From positions 1 to 57,308 of the forward strand of contig JAZDJU010000049.1 of assembly GCA_043803685.1 (NCBI GenBank): a stretch of DNA of 57,308 bases, given 5' to 3'. The notes below the pieces were generated by a model. The model worked only from the letters and a program-made list of their open reading frames with translations, was not told the DNA's origin and did not search any database. Origin of the DNA: Candidatus Omnitrophota bacterium (GTDB lineage: Bacteria; Omnitrophota; Omnitrophia; Omnitrophales; Aquincolibacteriaceae). Position numbers and translations under genes: made by a program. Below, piece by piece: positions 8,762 to 17,833 of the stretch; position 1 is the first letter of the stretch, and each line of letters opens with the position of its first letter.

Positions 8762-10666
8762 TCAGGAGGGGGTCTCTTGCTTCATCTTCTCCAAATACTC
8801 CCACCGTGCGTACATTTGGGCGAGCTCTGCCGAATACGCCTCGGCCTGCAGTTTGACGCGGGAGATATCTACGGGATCCTTTTGATAAAAGCCAGGCGCG
8901 GCCATCAGATCGTAAAGCCCGGCCTGCCCCGCTTCGGCCTTCTCGATCTTTTTCAGAAGGTCTTTCAGTTCTCGCTGTTCGGCCGGAGAGAGCTTCGAAG
9001 CGCCTGCGCTCTTTTCATTCACAGCCGGGGCTTTCGCCTTTGCAGTCTTCGCGACCTGCGCTTCGGGTTTCACGACACGCTGACTCAACCAATCATCGTA
9101 GCCGCCCGGATATTCACGGACCATGCCCCGGCCTTCCATCGCCAGAGTCGAAGTGACCACATTGTTCAGGAATGAACGGTCGTGACTGACCAGAAGCACC
9201 GTGCCTGCGTATTCCACAAGCAATTCCTCGAGCAATTCCAGGGTCTCCACATCAAGATCATTCGTGGGCTCATCCATCACGAGAAGATTAGAGGGTTTGG
9301 CAAAAAGCCGTGCGAGAAAAAGACGGTTCCGCTCCCCTCCGGACAATACCTTCACCGGGGTCCTGGCCCGGTCCGGAGAAAACAGAAAATCCTGCAAATA
9401 ACCGATGATATTCTTGGCTCTTCCATTCACGATCACCGTGTCTCCGGATTCGCTCACATTTTGAGCGACCGTTTTCTCAAGATCGAGCTGTTCCCGCAAC
9501 TGATCATAATAAGCGATCTCAAGCCCCGTCCCCACATGCACGGAACCCTTTTCGGGTTCGATCTGTCCCAGAAGAAGACGCAGCAAAGTTGTTTTACCGC
9601 ACCCGTTCGGTCCGATCACACCGATCTTGTCCCCGCGCATGATCTTGGCTGAAAAATTACGGATCAGACATTCGCCGCCGTATCCGTGACTGATATTGAG
9701 GACTTTTGCGATCAAGTGTCCGGAAGGCTCCGTGACCTGCGCTTTCATGCGGACTTTTCCGATCTCTCGCCTCTCGGCTCGTTTCTTGTCTCTCAGCCGC
9801 TCGAGCGCCACCACGCGCCCCTGATTGCGAGTGCGCCGCGCCTTGATCCCTTGCCGGATCCAGATTTCTTCTTTCTCCAGCTTCTTCTCAAACCGCGCAC
9901 GCTCAGCCTCTTCGGCATCAAGCGCCATCTGTTTGCGCTCGAGAAAGGTCGGATAGTCACACGCCCAACTGAAAAGCCGTCCACGGTCCAGTTCCACGAT
10001 CCGCGTCGCCAGATGCGTCATGAACGTCCGGTCATGGGTCACAAAGAAAAGAGTTCCGGGATAACCCTTGAGAAAGCCTTCCAGCCAATCGATCGACTCG
10101 ATATCCAGATGGTTGGTCGGTTCATCCAGAAGAAGGATCTCAGGCTTCAGAACAAGCGCCCGTGCCAAGAGCGCCCGTTTCTTTTGGCCCCCCGACAATT
10201 TCTCGAACAAGCTCTCAGGATCCAGCTTCACATGCGAGATCACTTCCTCGACCTCACGGTTCGTCTCCCAGCCCTGCGTGTGGTCCATTTCAGCCTGAAG
10301 GGCGTCCAACTGTCGCATGAGCTGCTCCGAGTACTCGGTCTGAAGGCGGTGATTCACGTGATGATAATCGCTTAAGAGCTTCACGCGCTCGCCCAAACCC
10401 GAAAGCACAAGATCGAACACATTCCCCGAGATCCCCGAAGGGACTTCCTGAGGCAGATGCGTGACCCGGATGCCTTTTTGATAGACCACCTTGCCCGAGT
10501 CGGACTTCAGGTGACCGGCCATCACTTTCATGAGAGTGGTTTTCCCCACTCCGTTACGGCCCAGAAGAGCCACGCGCTCCCCTTGTTCTAACTGGAGGTC
10601 CATATGATCAAAAAGAGGCGGCCCCCCGTAGGCCAATGTGATGTCCTGCAGACTGATCAGTGCCAT
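8762..10666 (-). CDS. uup: ABC-F family ATPase Uup
   Basis: Two ABC cassettes (GRNGVGKT/LSGGQ/LLDEPTNHLD; GPNGCGKT/LSGGE/DEPTNDLD), linker EEIWIRQGIKARRTRN, C-terminal coiled coil ending ARWEYLE. Confidence 0.9.
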   Translation of the reverse strand: MALISLQDITLAYGGPPLFDHMDLQLEQGERVALLGRNGVGKTTLMKVMAGHLKSDSGKVVYQKGIRVTHLPQEVPSGISGNVFDLVLSGLGERVKLLSDYHHVNHRLQTEYSEQLMRQLDALQAEMDHTQGWETNREVEEVISHVKLDPESLFEKLSGGQKKRALLARALVLKPEILLLDEPTNHLDIESIDWLEGFLKGYPGTLFFVTHDRTFMTHLATRIVELDRGRLFSWACDYPTFLERKQMALDAEEAERARFEKKLEKEEIWIRQGIKARRTRNQGRVVALERLRDKKRAERREIGKVRMKAQVTEPSGHLIAKVLNISHGYGGECLIRNFSAKIMRGDKIGVIGPNGCGKTTLLRLLLGQIEPEKGSVHVGTGLEIAYYDQLREQLDLEKTVAQNVSESGDTVIVNGRAKNIIGYLQDFLFSPDRARTPVKVLSGGERNRLFLARLFAKPSNLLVMDEPTNDLDVETLELLEELLVEYAGTVLLVSHDRSFLNNVVTSTLAMEGRGMVREYPGGYDDWLSQRVVKPEAQVAKTAKAKAPAVNEKSAGASKLSPAEQRELKDLLKKIEKAEAGQAGLYDLMAAPGFYQKDPVDISRVKLQAEAYSAELAQMYARWEYLEKMKQETPS

Positions 10667-10681
10667 AGAGTCATAATAAAG

Positions 10682-10745
10682 TATCAGAGAATCAGGGTGT
10701 CAGAGTCAAAACTTTAACACTCTGACACTCTGACACTTTGACGCT
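10682..10745. repeat. 8-nt-periodic stem-loop (TGTCAGAG/CTGACACT units)
   Basis: tatcagag aatcaggg tgtcagag ... ttaacact ctgacact ctgacact ttgacgct. Confidence 0.7.
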
Positions 10746-10896
10746 ATTGAGCTCCCTCAGCGGGAGGGGCACCTTCGACGGTGGGCGTTTGAGGATCGTC
10801 GCTATTACGGCTGAGGCGTTTCATTCTTTTCGCTTCCTGCTCCTGGCGGCGCGCCGCCTCTTTTCTCATCTTATTGCCTTTATAATTGACTCTCAT
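10744..10896 (-). CDS. Small basic hypothetical protein (50 aa)
   Basis: MRVNYKGNKMRKEAARRQEQEAKRMKRL...; GAAAGGAA RBS before the ATG at 10896. Confidence 0.6.
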   Translation of the reverse strand: MRVNYKGNKMRKEAARRQEQEAKRMKRLSRNSDDPQTPTVEGAPPAEGAQ

Positions 10897-10951
10897 CGTG
10901 TTCCTTTCGTGGGTTACACCCGCTGACCCTCCCGCCAAAAGCGGGATGGGA

Positions 10952-11230
10952 CTACCAGGATCTCAACCTTTTTTTAGGGGCTAGCGACTTCGGTGGAATG
11001 GTACAAAAACGCTTTTTAAAAACTTTGACGTAAAGATCTTCGACTTTCTTCCGGGCCCAGGGTGTTTGCCTGAAAAACCTCAAACTGGACGTGATCGTGG
11101 GATCAAAAAGAAAACAGCGAACCGGAATACGAATGGCCATCTCCTTCCACCCCACCTCTTCCACCAGGCGCGTCAGAATCGTCTCCAAAGTCACGCCGTG
11201 GAGTGGATCTTTCAGATTCTGATGCGCCAT
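10952..11230 (-). CDS. VF530/DUF2132 family DNA-binding protein
   Basis: DPLHGVTLETIL...GW...CF..DPTITSSLRFFRQTPWARKKVE signature. Confidence 0.9.
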   Translation of the reverse strand: MAHQNLKDPLHGVTLETILTRLVEEVGWKEMAIRIPVRCFLFDPTITSSLRFFRQTPWARKKVEDLYVKVFKKRFCTIPPKSLAPKKRLRSW

Positions 11231-11274
11231 GATGAACTCCGGTGGTTCAACGCGAAATTCGAAGGAATAAATGA

Positions 11275-11382
11275 ACTAAGAGCCTCTAAAAAAATGTCAT
11301 TCCCGAATGCTTGAATCGGGAATCCACACTCTGGATCCCCGCTTTCGCGGGGATGACAAACTTCGTTTTCTGAGATGCGCTA
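11275..11382. repeat. REP-like palindromic element (GTCATTCCCG...CGGGGATGAC type)
   Basis: Core 11295-11358 has two hairpins (ATTCCCGA..TCGGGAAT; ATCCCCGC-TTTC-GCGGGGAT) closed by TGTCAT/ATGACA, plus imperfect flanking inverted arms. Confidence 0.75.
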
Positions 11383-11414
11383 AAAAACTCATGCCGGATC
11401 TCGACACCCAACAC

Positions 11415-12194
11415 TTATTCTTTATGCTCCGCCTCGTTCATCATATCCCGCAGTGTCAGAACGATGCTCATGGGTTCATGGGCGGGATTCTCAATGATCT
11501 CAAGAGACATCTCCGCACGCTGGATCACCGACTGATGGGGATCCTTCTTCTCGATCCGGAACGTTTTCGGAGCCATCACACAATCACTTAACATGCTCCG
11601 CGGAATGGAAACAGCATAGCGTTGGAAAATAAACTCCAGAAAATTAGCGTTGATGAACCCCTCCCCCGGCGTGAGATAGCGCACAGCGGCCGGATTGAGA
11701 TTCGTCACGATCCATTCGGGATTGCACACGATCATGGGCTGACTCATCTCGAAAACAAGCCGCAACAACCTTTCATTCTCCCCCAAAGCCTCCTCACTGG
11801 CACTGATCCTCAGAAGGGACCGGACCCGGACGATCAGTTCGACCATGCTAAAAGGTTTGGTGATAAAATCATCACATCCCGCCTCGATCCCCCGGAGCTT
11901 GTCCTCCTCGGCGTTCATGCCCGTCAACAGGACCACGGGAATTGCGCGCGTGCGCTCATCCGAACGCAACCGCCGCAGCACCTCCAGACCCGACGTGCCA
12001 GGCATCATAACATCCAACAGAATAAGATCCGGAATTTCTTTTGAGAGTTGCTTCAGCGCGTCTTCTCCGGATTCTGAGAAAAGGAGCTTGTACCCTTGCG
12101 GCGAAAGATAGATCTCAAGGATCTTAAGCATTTGCCTATCATCGTCCACGCACAATAGGGTCTGCTTCATTGGAACCTTCATAGTCCTCCTCAA
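11415..12194 (-). CDS. Response regulator (REC + PAS-like domain)
   Basis: LLCVDDD...LILLDVMMPG...LLTG...DFITKPF, then a PAS-like segment (PMIVCN..W.VTNLNPAA). Confidence 0.85.
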   Translation of the reverse strand: MRRTMKVPMKQTLLCVDDDRQMLKILEIYLSPQGYKLLFSESGEDALKQLSKEIPDLILLDVMMPGTSGLEVLRRLRSDERTRAIPVVLLTGMNAEEDKLRGIEAGCDDFITKPFSMVELIVRVRSLLRISASEEALGENERLLRLVFEMSQPMIVCNPEWIVTNLNPAAVRYLTPGEGFINANFLEFIFQRYAVSIPRSMLSDCVMAPKTFRIEKKDPHQSVIQRAEMSLEIIENPAHEPMSIVLTLRDMMNEAEHKE

Positions 12195-12562
12195 ACGGCT
12201 TCGATAAACCGGCGGATCTCTTCAGCGAAAGTCCGCGTATCGATCGGCTTGGGTAAAAACAACTTTCCATTAAAAGCCCTGATCTCTTCCATCATCTCGC
12301 CACTCACGCTGGCCGTTACAAAAATCACCGGAATGCCCCGAGTCTCGGGCGCTTCCTGCAAAGCCTTGGCGAGTTGAGTCCCTCGCATATCCGGAAGCCG
12401 CACGTCCGCCACGATCGCATCCGGCCTTTCTTTTCGCGCAAGAACGAGTCCGCTTGCGCCATCCCTAGCCTCGAGAACCTCCATGCCCGCCACATCCAGG
12501 AGATCCTTCTCCAGCATCCTGTTTTTTTCGTCATCCTCAATGATCAAGACTCGTTTTTTCAT
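12191..12562 (-). CDS. Single-domain response regulator (DivK/CheY-like)
   Basis: MKKRVLIIEDD...IVADVRLPDMRG...FVTAS...LPKPID; ATG overlaps the kinase stop codon (ATGA). Confidence 0.9.
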   Translation of the reverse strand: MKKRVLIIEDDEKNRMLEKDLLDVAGMEVLEARDGASGLVLARKERPDAIVADVRLPDMRGTQLAKALQEAPETRGIPVIFVTASVSGEMMEEIRAFNGKLFLPKPIDTRTFAEEIRRFIEAV

Positions 12563-15500
12563 TTCAAGATCCCTCCTGTTGGGATGGTGAACTTCACGCT
12601 CGTCCCCTTCCCGACCCCCTCCGACTCGATCCATATCTTGCCGCCGTGAAGCTCGATTATTTTTCGGGAAATCGTCAGTCCGAGCCCGGTTCCTTCCGTC
12701 TCTTGCGTACAAAGATCTCCAAGGCGTTGAAAAGCGATGAACACCCTTTCAAAATTTTCAGGCGAGATGCCAACCCCCGAATCCCACACGACCCCTTCGA
12801 CCCCGGCCCCTACCTTCTGGATCCGGATCCCGACCTTCCCTCCGTCCGGGGTGAATTTGATCGCATTAGACAACAGGTTGTAAATGACCTGCTTGATCTT
12901 GCGCTGATCCGCATAGATCTCTCCAAGATCTCCGGAGACCTCCATCACAGGTTTGATCCGCTTCGCGCGGGCCTGATTCTCCATCATCCGAAAAACCTCT
13001 TCGATGGTGCTTTTAAGCGAAAAGGAGGACGCCTCCATCACCATTTTCCCGGACTCCACCTTCGACAGGTCCAGGACATCATTGATAAGGGATAGCAAAT
13101 GCTGTCCGCTGAGGAGGACATTTTGGGCGTATTTTTTCTGTCGCTCGTTGAGCGGACCGAATCGTTCGTCAAAGAGGACTTCTGAAAACCCGATGATGGA
13201 GTTCAGAGGTGTCCGGAACTCATGCGACACATTCGCCAAAAATTCATTCTTCGCCCGGCTGGCCCGTTTCAGCTCTTCATCCGTCGACTGCAGCTTCTGA
13301 AAACTACGCACAAGCTCCTCGGTCCTTTCCTTCACCTGTTGCTCAAGATTATCATGAGATCTTTTCAGGGCCTCTGCCAACCGCTTGTTCTCGGTGATGT
13401 CACGCCATAGACAATGAAGGATGTTCCGGCCATGGATCACAAGAGACGTCAGCGAAACTTCCACCGCGAATAATTCCCCGTCGGCTTTTTTGTAGACCCA
13501 TTCGAACCGGTGGTACCCTTGATCCAAAGCGATCTTCATCATCTCATTCGCCTTCTCAAAGGAATCTCTTACGTCAGGCTGTTCCGGGGGGGACAACTCC
13601 GAAGGATGACGCTTCAAAAACTCTTCCCGTGTGGCATACCCGAGCATCTGAACTGTAGCCTCATTGCAATCCACAAATTTGTCACCGTCGATCAAAAGAA
13701 TGGCATCCTGGGAGGTATGCAAAACATCCATAAACCGTTTCTCGCTCTCCTGCAAAGCCTCCTCTGTTCTCTTGCGCTCCGAAATATCGCGCATACTTCC
13801 GAGCAGCATCATCTCCCCGTTGATCTTTACGGGATAAGTCCGGATCTCCACTGCAACAGAGGAACCATCTTTCCTGTCGAGCTCATACTCCGTCGGGCCC
13901 GTGGAATGTCCCAAAGCGTTTTGGGCAATGGCCGCAGCCATTGGGGGCACATCCGACGAAGACAATATTCCTGATCTCAAAAAATCCTTTCCGATCAGTT
14001 CTTCGATCTTATATCCGCTTAATTCCTCCGTCACTCTGTTGCCATCGACAAAAACACCGTTAAGATCACAAAGATAGAGCCCGTCCGGCGCATAGGCAAA
14101 AAGGACCTTGAGCTTTTCTTCAGAATCCCGCAGTCTCTCCTCGGCTCTCTTGCGATCAGAGATGTCGATCCCCACACCCACCAAGAGAGGAACGTTATCA
14201 AGGATGACACGATGTCCCGTAAAGTAAAAGAACGTCTTCTTGCCGTTTTTGCTTACTAATTCGGCTTCGAGAACAGCTTCCCCCTTCGCAAAAACCTTTT
14301 CAAGCCCCTCTTTCACTCTATTTTTCTCATGATCAGAAAAAAGATTCAGCGGGTGCATCCCCATCAGTTCTTCCTGCGAATACCCCGACACTTTGACGAG
14401 ATTATCATTGACCCGAAGAAATTTCCCTTTATTGTCAAAAAGATAGAATATTCCGGGGAGACTCTCAATGAGCAATTCGGAGAGGTGCCTGGCCTTCAAG
14501 CTCTCCGCTTCCATCCGTTTGAGCCCAGAAATATCACGAGCAAAACTACAGATCTTCAAAAGCTCGCCGGAATCGGCAAAGTAAAGGTTGACGTTCCAAA
14601 GCATCTCGAAAACCCGGCCCTCCTTGCTGACTTGACGGTTCTGGAAAGTGGCCTGCTTTTCTTTACCGCGCACCCACCCCTCAAAAATCGCCTTGGTCCT
14701 TTCCTGGTCATCCACATGAATAAAATCAAACGCTGAACGACCGATACAATCTTCGGGCTTGATGCCAAAGATCTTTTCCGCGCTGTGGTTCACGTAGGTG
14801 AGACGACCCCGCCGGTCCACGATCGTGATCAGATCTTCGGTCCCCTCCACCAACTCACGATAGCGTTCATCGGCCTTGCGAAACGCCTTCTCCGCCTCAT
14901 CTCTTCCGGCGATCTCTTTTTCCAAAGGAATGTAAACCGCCACGCCAAAAATAACACCCACGATCACAAGCGCTATAAAAAAATAGATCAGCGTTCGTAT
15001 GCCAAACTGCGTGATCTCGCGCGGCATCGAGACCTTAAGCATCAAAACGTCTTTTCCGGTGATGTTTTTCAGAAGGCTGTATCCAGCGACCGTCTTACCA
15101 TCTAGATCACTGAGAAAGGTCCGGCTTCCCTTGAGAAATGCCGTGCGCGCAACTGTAAAATCGGGCGGTGTGGAGATGCCCGCAATTTTTTCCGCGCTCA
15201 ATTCCACGCGCACGATCTGGCTAAAACGCCTCATCTCATCCGCGTCCAGGCGCGCCCCAAAGATCACCGTCCCACGGATCGGCCCCATGCCATTGCTTTT
15301 TACGATCGGCCTTGAAACTAACATCAAAGGCCCATCGGAAAGCATCACGATCCCCGCCACAGAACTATTCTCATTCTGATGCGCCAGTAAAGTGCCCAGA
15401 GCATCTTTAAACTCTGCTCGAAGCAACTGCCCCGCTGCCTCATCACTTTCTCGATGATGGTTGAATACCAATTCGCCTCGCGCGTTGAAGAACAGCATCA

Positions 15501-15819
15501 TGTCAATTTGGAGGGTCTCAAGGGTAAGGGGGGTCAGGTTCGACGTGATGTAGGCCTCATTTTTATCCTCAATAAAAGCATACGTATCATCCCAGATGGT
15601 CCAGTCCCCGATCTTGACGGCGAGGTTATTCAGCGTGTCAGCGACAACTTCCTGAGATCGGAAAATGTTCCTCTGAACCGACAATTTCTCGAGTTTGGAA
15701 AATCCCCCCATCACCGCGATCCACGAAACGATAAATATCGCGGCCAGAAGGATGGTCAAACCGAGAGCGATCGTGCGAAACGTTCTCTTATGGATCTTAA
15801 TTGTCTTTATTGGCGCCAT
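12559..15819 (-). CDS. CHASE4 - 4xPAS - HisKA - HATPase sensor kinase
   Basis: Two TM helices around CHASE4 (DWTIWDDTYAFI), four PAS/PAC (RDIS/RDIT ends), H box ANVSHEFRTPL, N/G boxes NLLSNAIKFT, GTGLGL. Start placed at MAPIKT. Confidence 0.92.
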   Translation of the reverse strand: MAPIKTIKIHKRTFRTIALGLTILLAAIFIVSWIAVMGGFSKLEKLSVQRNIFRSQEVVADTLNNLAVKIGDWTIWDDTYAFIEDKNEAYITSNLTPLTLETLQIDMMLFFNARGELVFNHHRESDEAAGQLLRAEFKDALGTLLAHQNENSSVAGIVMLSDGPLMLVSRPIVKSNGMGPIRGTVIFGARLDADEMRRFSQIVRVELSAEKIAGISTPPDFTVARTAFLKGSRTFLSDLDGKTVAGYSLLKNITGKDVLMLKVSMPREITQFGIRTLIYFFIALVIVGVIFGVAVYIPLEKEIAGRDEAEKAFRKADERYRELVEGTEDLITIVDRRGRLTYVNHSAEKIFGIKPEDCIGRSAFDFIHVDDQERTKAIFEGWVRGKEKQATFQNRQVSKEGRVFEMLWNVNLYFADSGELLKICSFARDISGLKRMEAESLKARHLSELLIESLPGIFYLFDNKGKFLRVNDNLVKVSGYSQEELMGMHPLNLFSDHEKNRVKEGLEKVFAKGEAVLEAELVSKNGKKTFFYFTGHRVILDNVPLLVGVGIDISDRKRAEERLRDSEEKLKVLFAYAPDGLYLCDLNGVFVDGNRVTEELSGYKIEELIGKDFLRSGILSSSDVPPMAAAIAQNALGHSTGPTEYELDRKDGSSVAVEIRTYPVKINGEMMLLGSMRDISERKRTEEALQESEKRFMDVLHTSQDAILLIDGDKFVDCNEATVQMLGYATREEFLKRHPSELSPPEQPDVRDSFEKANEMMKIALDQGYHRFEWVYKKADGELFAVEVSLTSLVIHGRNILHCLWRDITENKRLAEALKRSHDNLEQQVKERTEELVRSFQKLQSTDEELKRASRAKNEFLANVSHEFRTPLNSIIGFSEVLFDERFGPLNERQKKYAQNVLLSGQHLLSLINDVLDLSKVESGKMVMEASSFSLKSTIEEVFRMMENQARAKRIKPVMEVSGDLGEIYADQRKIKQVIYNLLSNAIKFTPDGGKVGIRIQKVGAGVEGVVWDSGVGISPENFERVFIAFQRLGDLCTQETEGTGLGLTISRKIIELHGGKIWIESEGVGKGTSVKFTIPTGGILK

Positions 15820-15926
15820 AAAGTCTCTGTGGATACAGCGCTGCCCGACGCAGAGGATTGAGTGCGGAGAATCTCTTGGGTGTATATTTCTTCCATATTT
15901 TCCCCAATTTAAAATTTCCAACAGAA

Positions 15927-15954
15927 TGTCATCCCCGCTTTCGCGGGGATGGCA
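15927..15954. repeat. Partial REP copy (second hairpin of the 11295 element)
   Basis: TGTCATCCCCGC-TTTC-GCGGGGATGGCA shares ATCCCCGCTTTCGCGGGGATG with 11335-11355. Confidence 0.7.
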
Positions 15955-15976
15955 AACATTATTATGTCAGAAGCTC

Positions 15977-17653
15977 TTAAAACTTGACGGTGATACGGCT
16001 TTCAAAATAAATGGCATTATTTGCATGGCCGTTTGCGCTAAGAAGAGGACTGAAGGTTGTGCCTCCATCATCACGCTCCACCCGGTAATAATCTCCGGGG
16101 ATAAAATACCCCATCCCAAGGTTAATATCCAGATACTTCGTCGCTTCCCAGACAGCGCCAAAGTCAAACTCATTGCCAAGGTCACTTGAGAGTTTTTTGG
16201 ACTCTCCGTTCCAGGTACCGACTCCCTTTTCAAAGGACGAAAAATTCCACCAGTTGAATGAAAAGGTGATGCTGGGAAATGGAGTCATGTCCATCCCGAG
16301 GCACGGCGCAATGAGGTTCTCAAACTGGACAGGATCATTGAAAGTGCCCGGACGGAGCACGCCATAGTTGTTGCCCCATGCGTTTCCCATGTAGAGAAGC
16401 GGGCCAATTTTTTGGGGAGGATAAACACTATATGACAGATTTGTGTTCAAAGGCGAGTAAACGCTGAAGGCCCGGTTGGTCGAACCATGAAGAAGGCCAT
16501 CCGAAGAATCAAAGCTCTTATTCCCGGAAGCGACGATCATCTTGCCGTGCGGGGTCAGCCAATATTCTTTCAAGTCATACTCCGCATCCGCGTAGAGAAG
16601 ATACCCTTTGTGAACGACATCCTTATCCCCGGTCACGAGGACATCTCCTGTCGCGGGATCGATCGCGAAATCTCCGGCTGTGGCGATCGCCTTGCCGAAA
16701 TTTTTCGCGACTTCAAAACCAAGCGCAAGCCGGCCGAACTCCAGATTCAGGTCCGCCCCGAGCGTCCCCAAAAGATCCTGGTGTGTCTGAGTCTCGAAGA
16801 GATTATTGCGTTTCAGATCCCCCGTCCGGTCGGAAAGAAAACTGATATACGGCTGGAACGAACCTCCCGGAACGATCCAGGAAGCCTGCTCGGGCTTTTT
16901 CCACTGCAACACAGCATCGAGTGAAAAGAGATCGGCTTGAGTGTGAAAATACCCGCGCCCCAGGGCTTTTTCCTGCGGGATCGTCTGGCCGAGAATGGCA
17001 TAGTTGTTCCAGTTCGGTTTGAAGTAATTGAAATGCCAGGCGAGGGTCTCCCCGGGATGATAGAACTGGACCCCGTAATTCTGGTAGAGTCCGGTGACGG
17101 CAAAACCGTTCCCGATCTCGAGCGGAAAGAGTCCCACTTTCGCGTGAATGGGATACGCCTCCGTGAAAGGAGACTTGACGTCCAGGAACCACTCCTTGAG
17201 CTCAGGAAGAAATTCCCGGTTGCGGTAATGCTCCACGTTGCCATAAATGGTCGGCACTGACCTTCGCCCCAAGACAGGCACATCATACCCATACGGCCCA
17301 TTGCGTTCAAAACCGAGATAAGCTTCGACGTCATCCTTGTACTTCAGATCGAGATTGAGCCGGTAAGCCATGCCAATGTAAGCGAAGGAATCTTTCTTGG
17401 CCTTACTGTTGAGATCGATCGTGTTCTTCGACACCACAAAATCAGTCGCGTAATATCCGTCCGCCGTCACGATGAGATCTTTGTTTCCGGGACGCTCTAA
17501 CTTTCCTTCGGGCCCGACGAGTTCAACCGAAGCTTGGAGCGGCGGGACGAGAAGGAAAAAAAAGGCCGTCCCTAAGATGAATTTATTTAGCACGAATAAC
17601 TCCTTCAGGGAGATCTCCCATCGTTTTTGGGACCGCGACTGTTCAGCGAACAA
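15977..17653 (-). CDS. Outer-membrane beta-barrel, alginate-export (AlgE)-like
   Basis: Signal peptide (VPPLQA), alternating beta-strand pattern, DLGNEFD...GYFIPG motif, C-terminal Phe. True start may be about 20 codons later. Confidence 0.7.
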   Translation of the reverse strand: MFAEQSRSQKRWEISLKELFVLNKFILGTAFFFLLVPPLQASVELVGPEGKLERPGNKDLIVTADGYYATDFVVSKNTIDLNSKAKKDSFAYIGMAYRLNLDLKYKDDVEAYLGFERNGPYGYDVPVLGRRSVPTIYGNVEHYRNREFLPELKEWFLDVKSPFTEAYPIHAKVGLFPLEIGNGFAVTGLYQNYGVQFYHPGETLAWHFNYFKPNWNNYAILGQTIPQEKALGRGYFHTQADLFSLDAVLQWKKPEQASWIVPGGSFQPYISFLSDRTGDLKRNNLFETQTHQDLLGTLGADLNLEFGRLALGFEVAKNFGKAIATAGDFAIDPATGDVLVTGDKDVVHKGYLLYADAEYDLKEYWLTPHGKMIVASGNKSFDSSDGLLHGSTNRAFSVYSPLNTNLSYSVYPPQKIGPLLYMGNAWGNNYGVLRPGTFNDPVQFENLIAPCLGMDMTPFPSITFSFNWWNFSSFEKGVGTWNGESKKLSSDLGNEFDFGAVWEATKYLDINLGMGYFIPGDYYRVERDDGGTTFSPLLSANGHANNAIYFESRITVKF

Positions 17654-17833
17654 GCTTCAGCAAGTTCCGGGTCTTGACATCCCGCCCATCGCCACTTGTG
17701 ATTATCGTCCTCGCCTGAGAATGGGTTAATCAAATTTTAAGTTCTGTTCTGCGGTTTCAGTCATTAAAAATGATCGCCCCCTGGAGGGGGAAGGAGAACA
17801 GTAATATCCATACAGAATGGGACCGAGGAAACG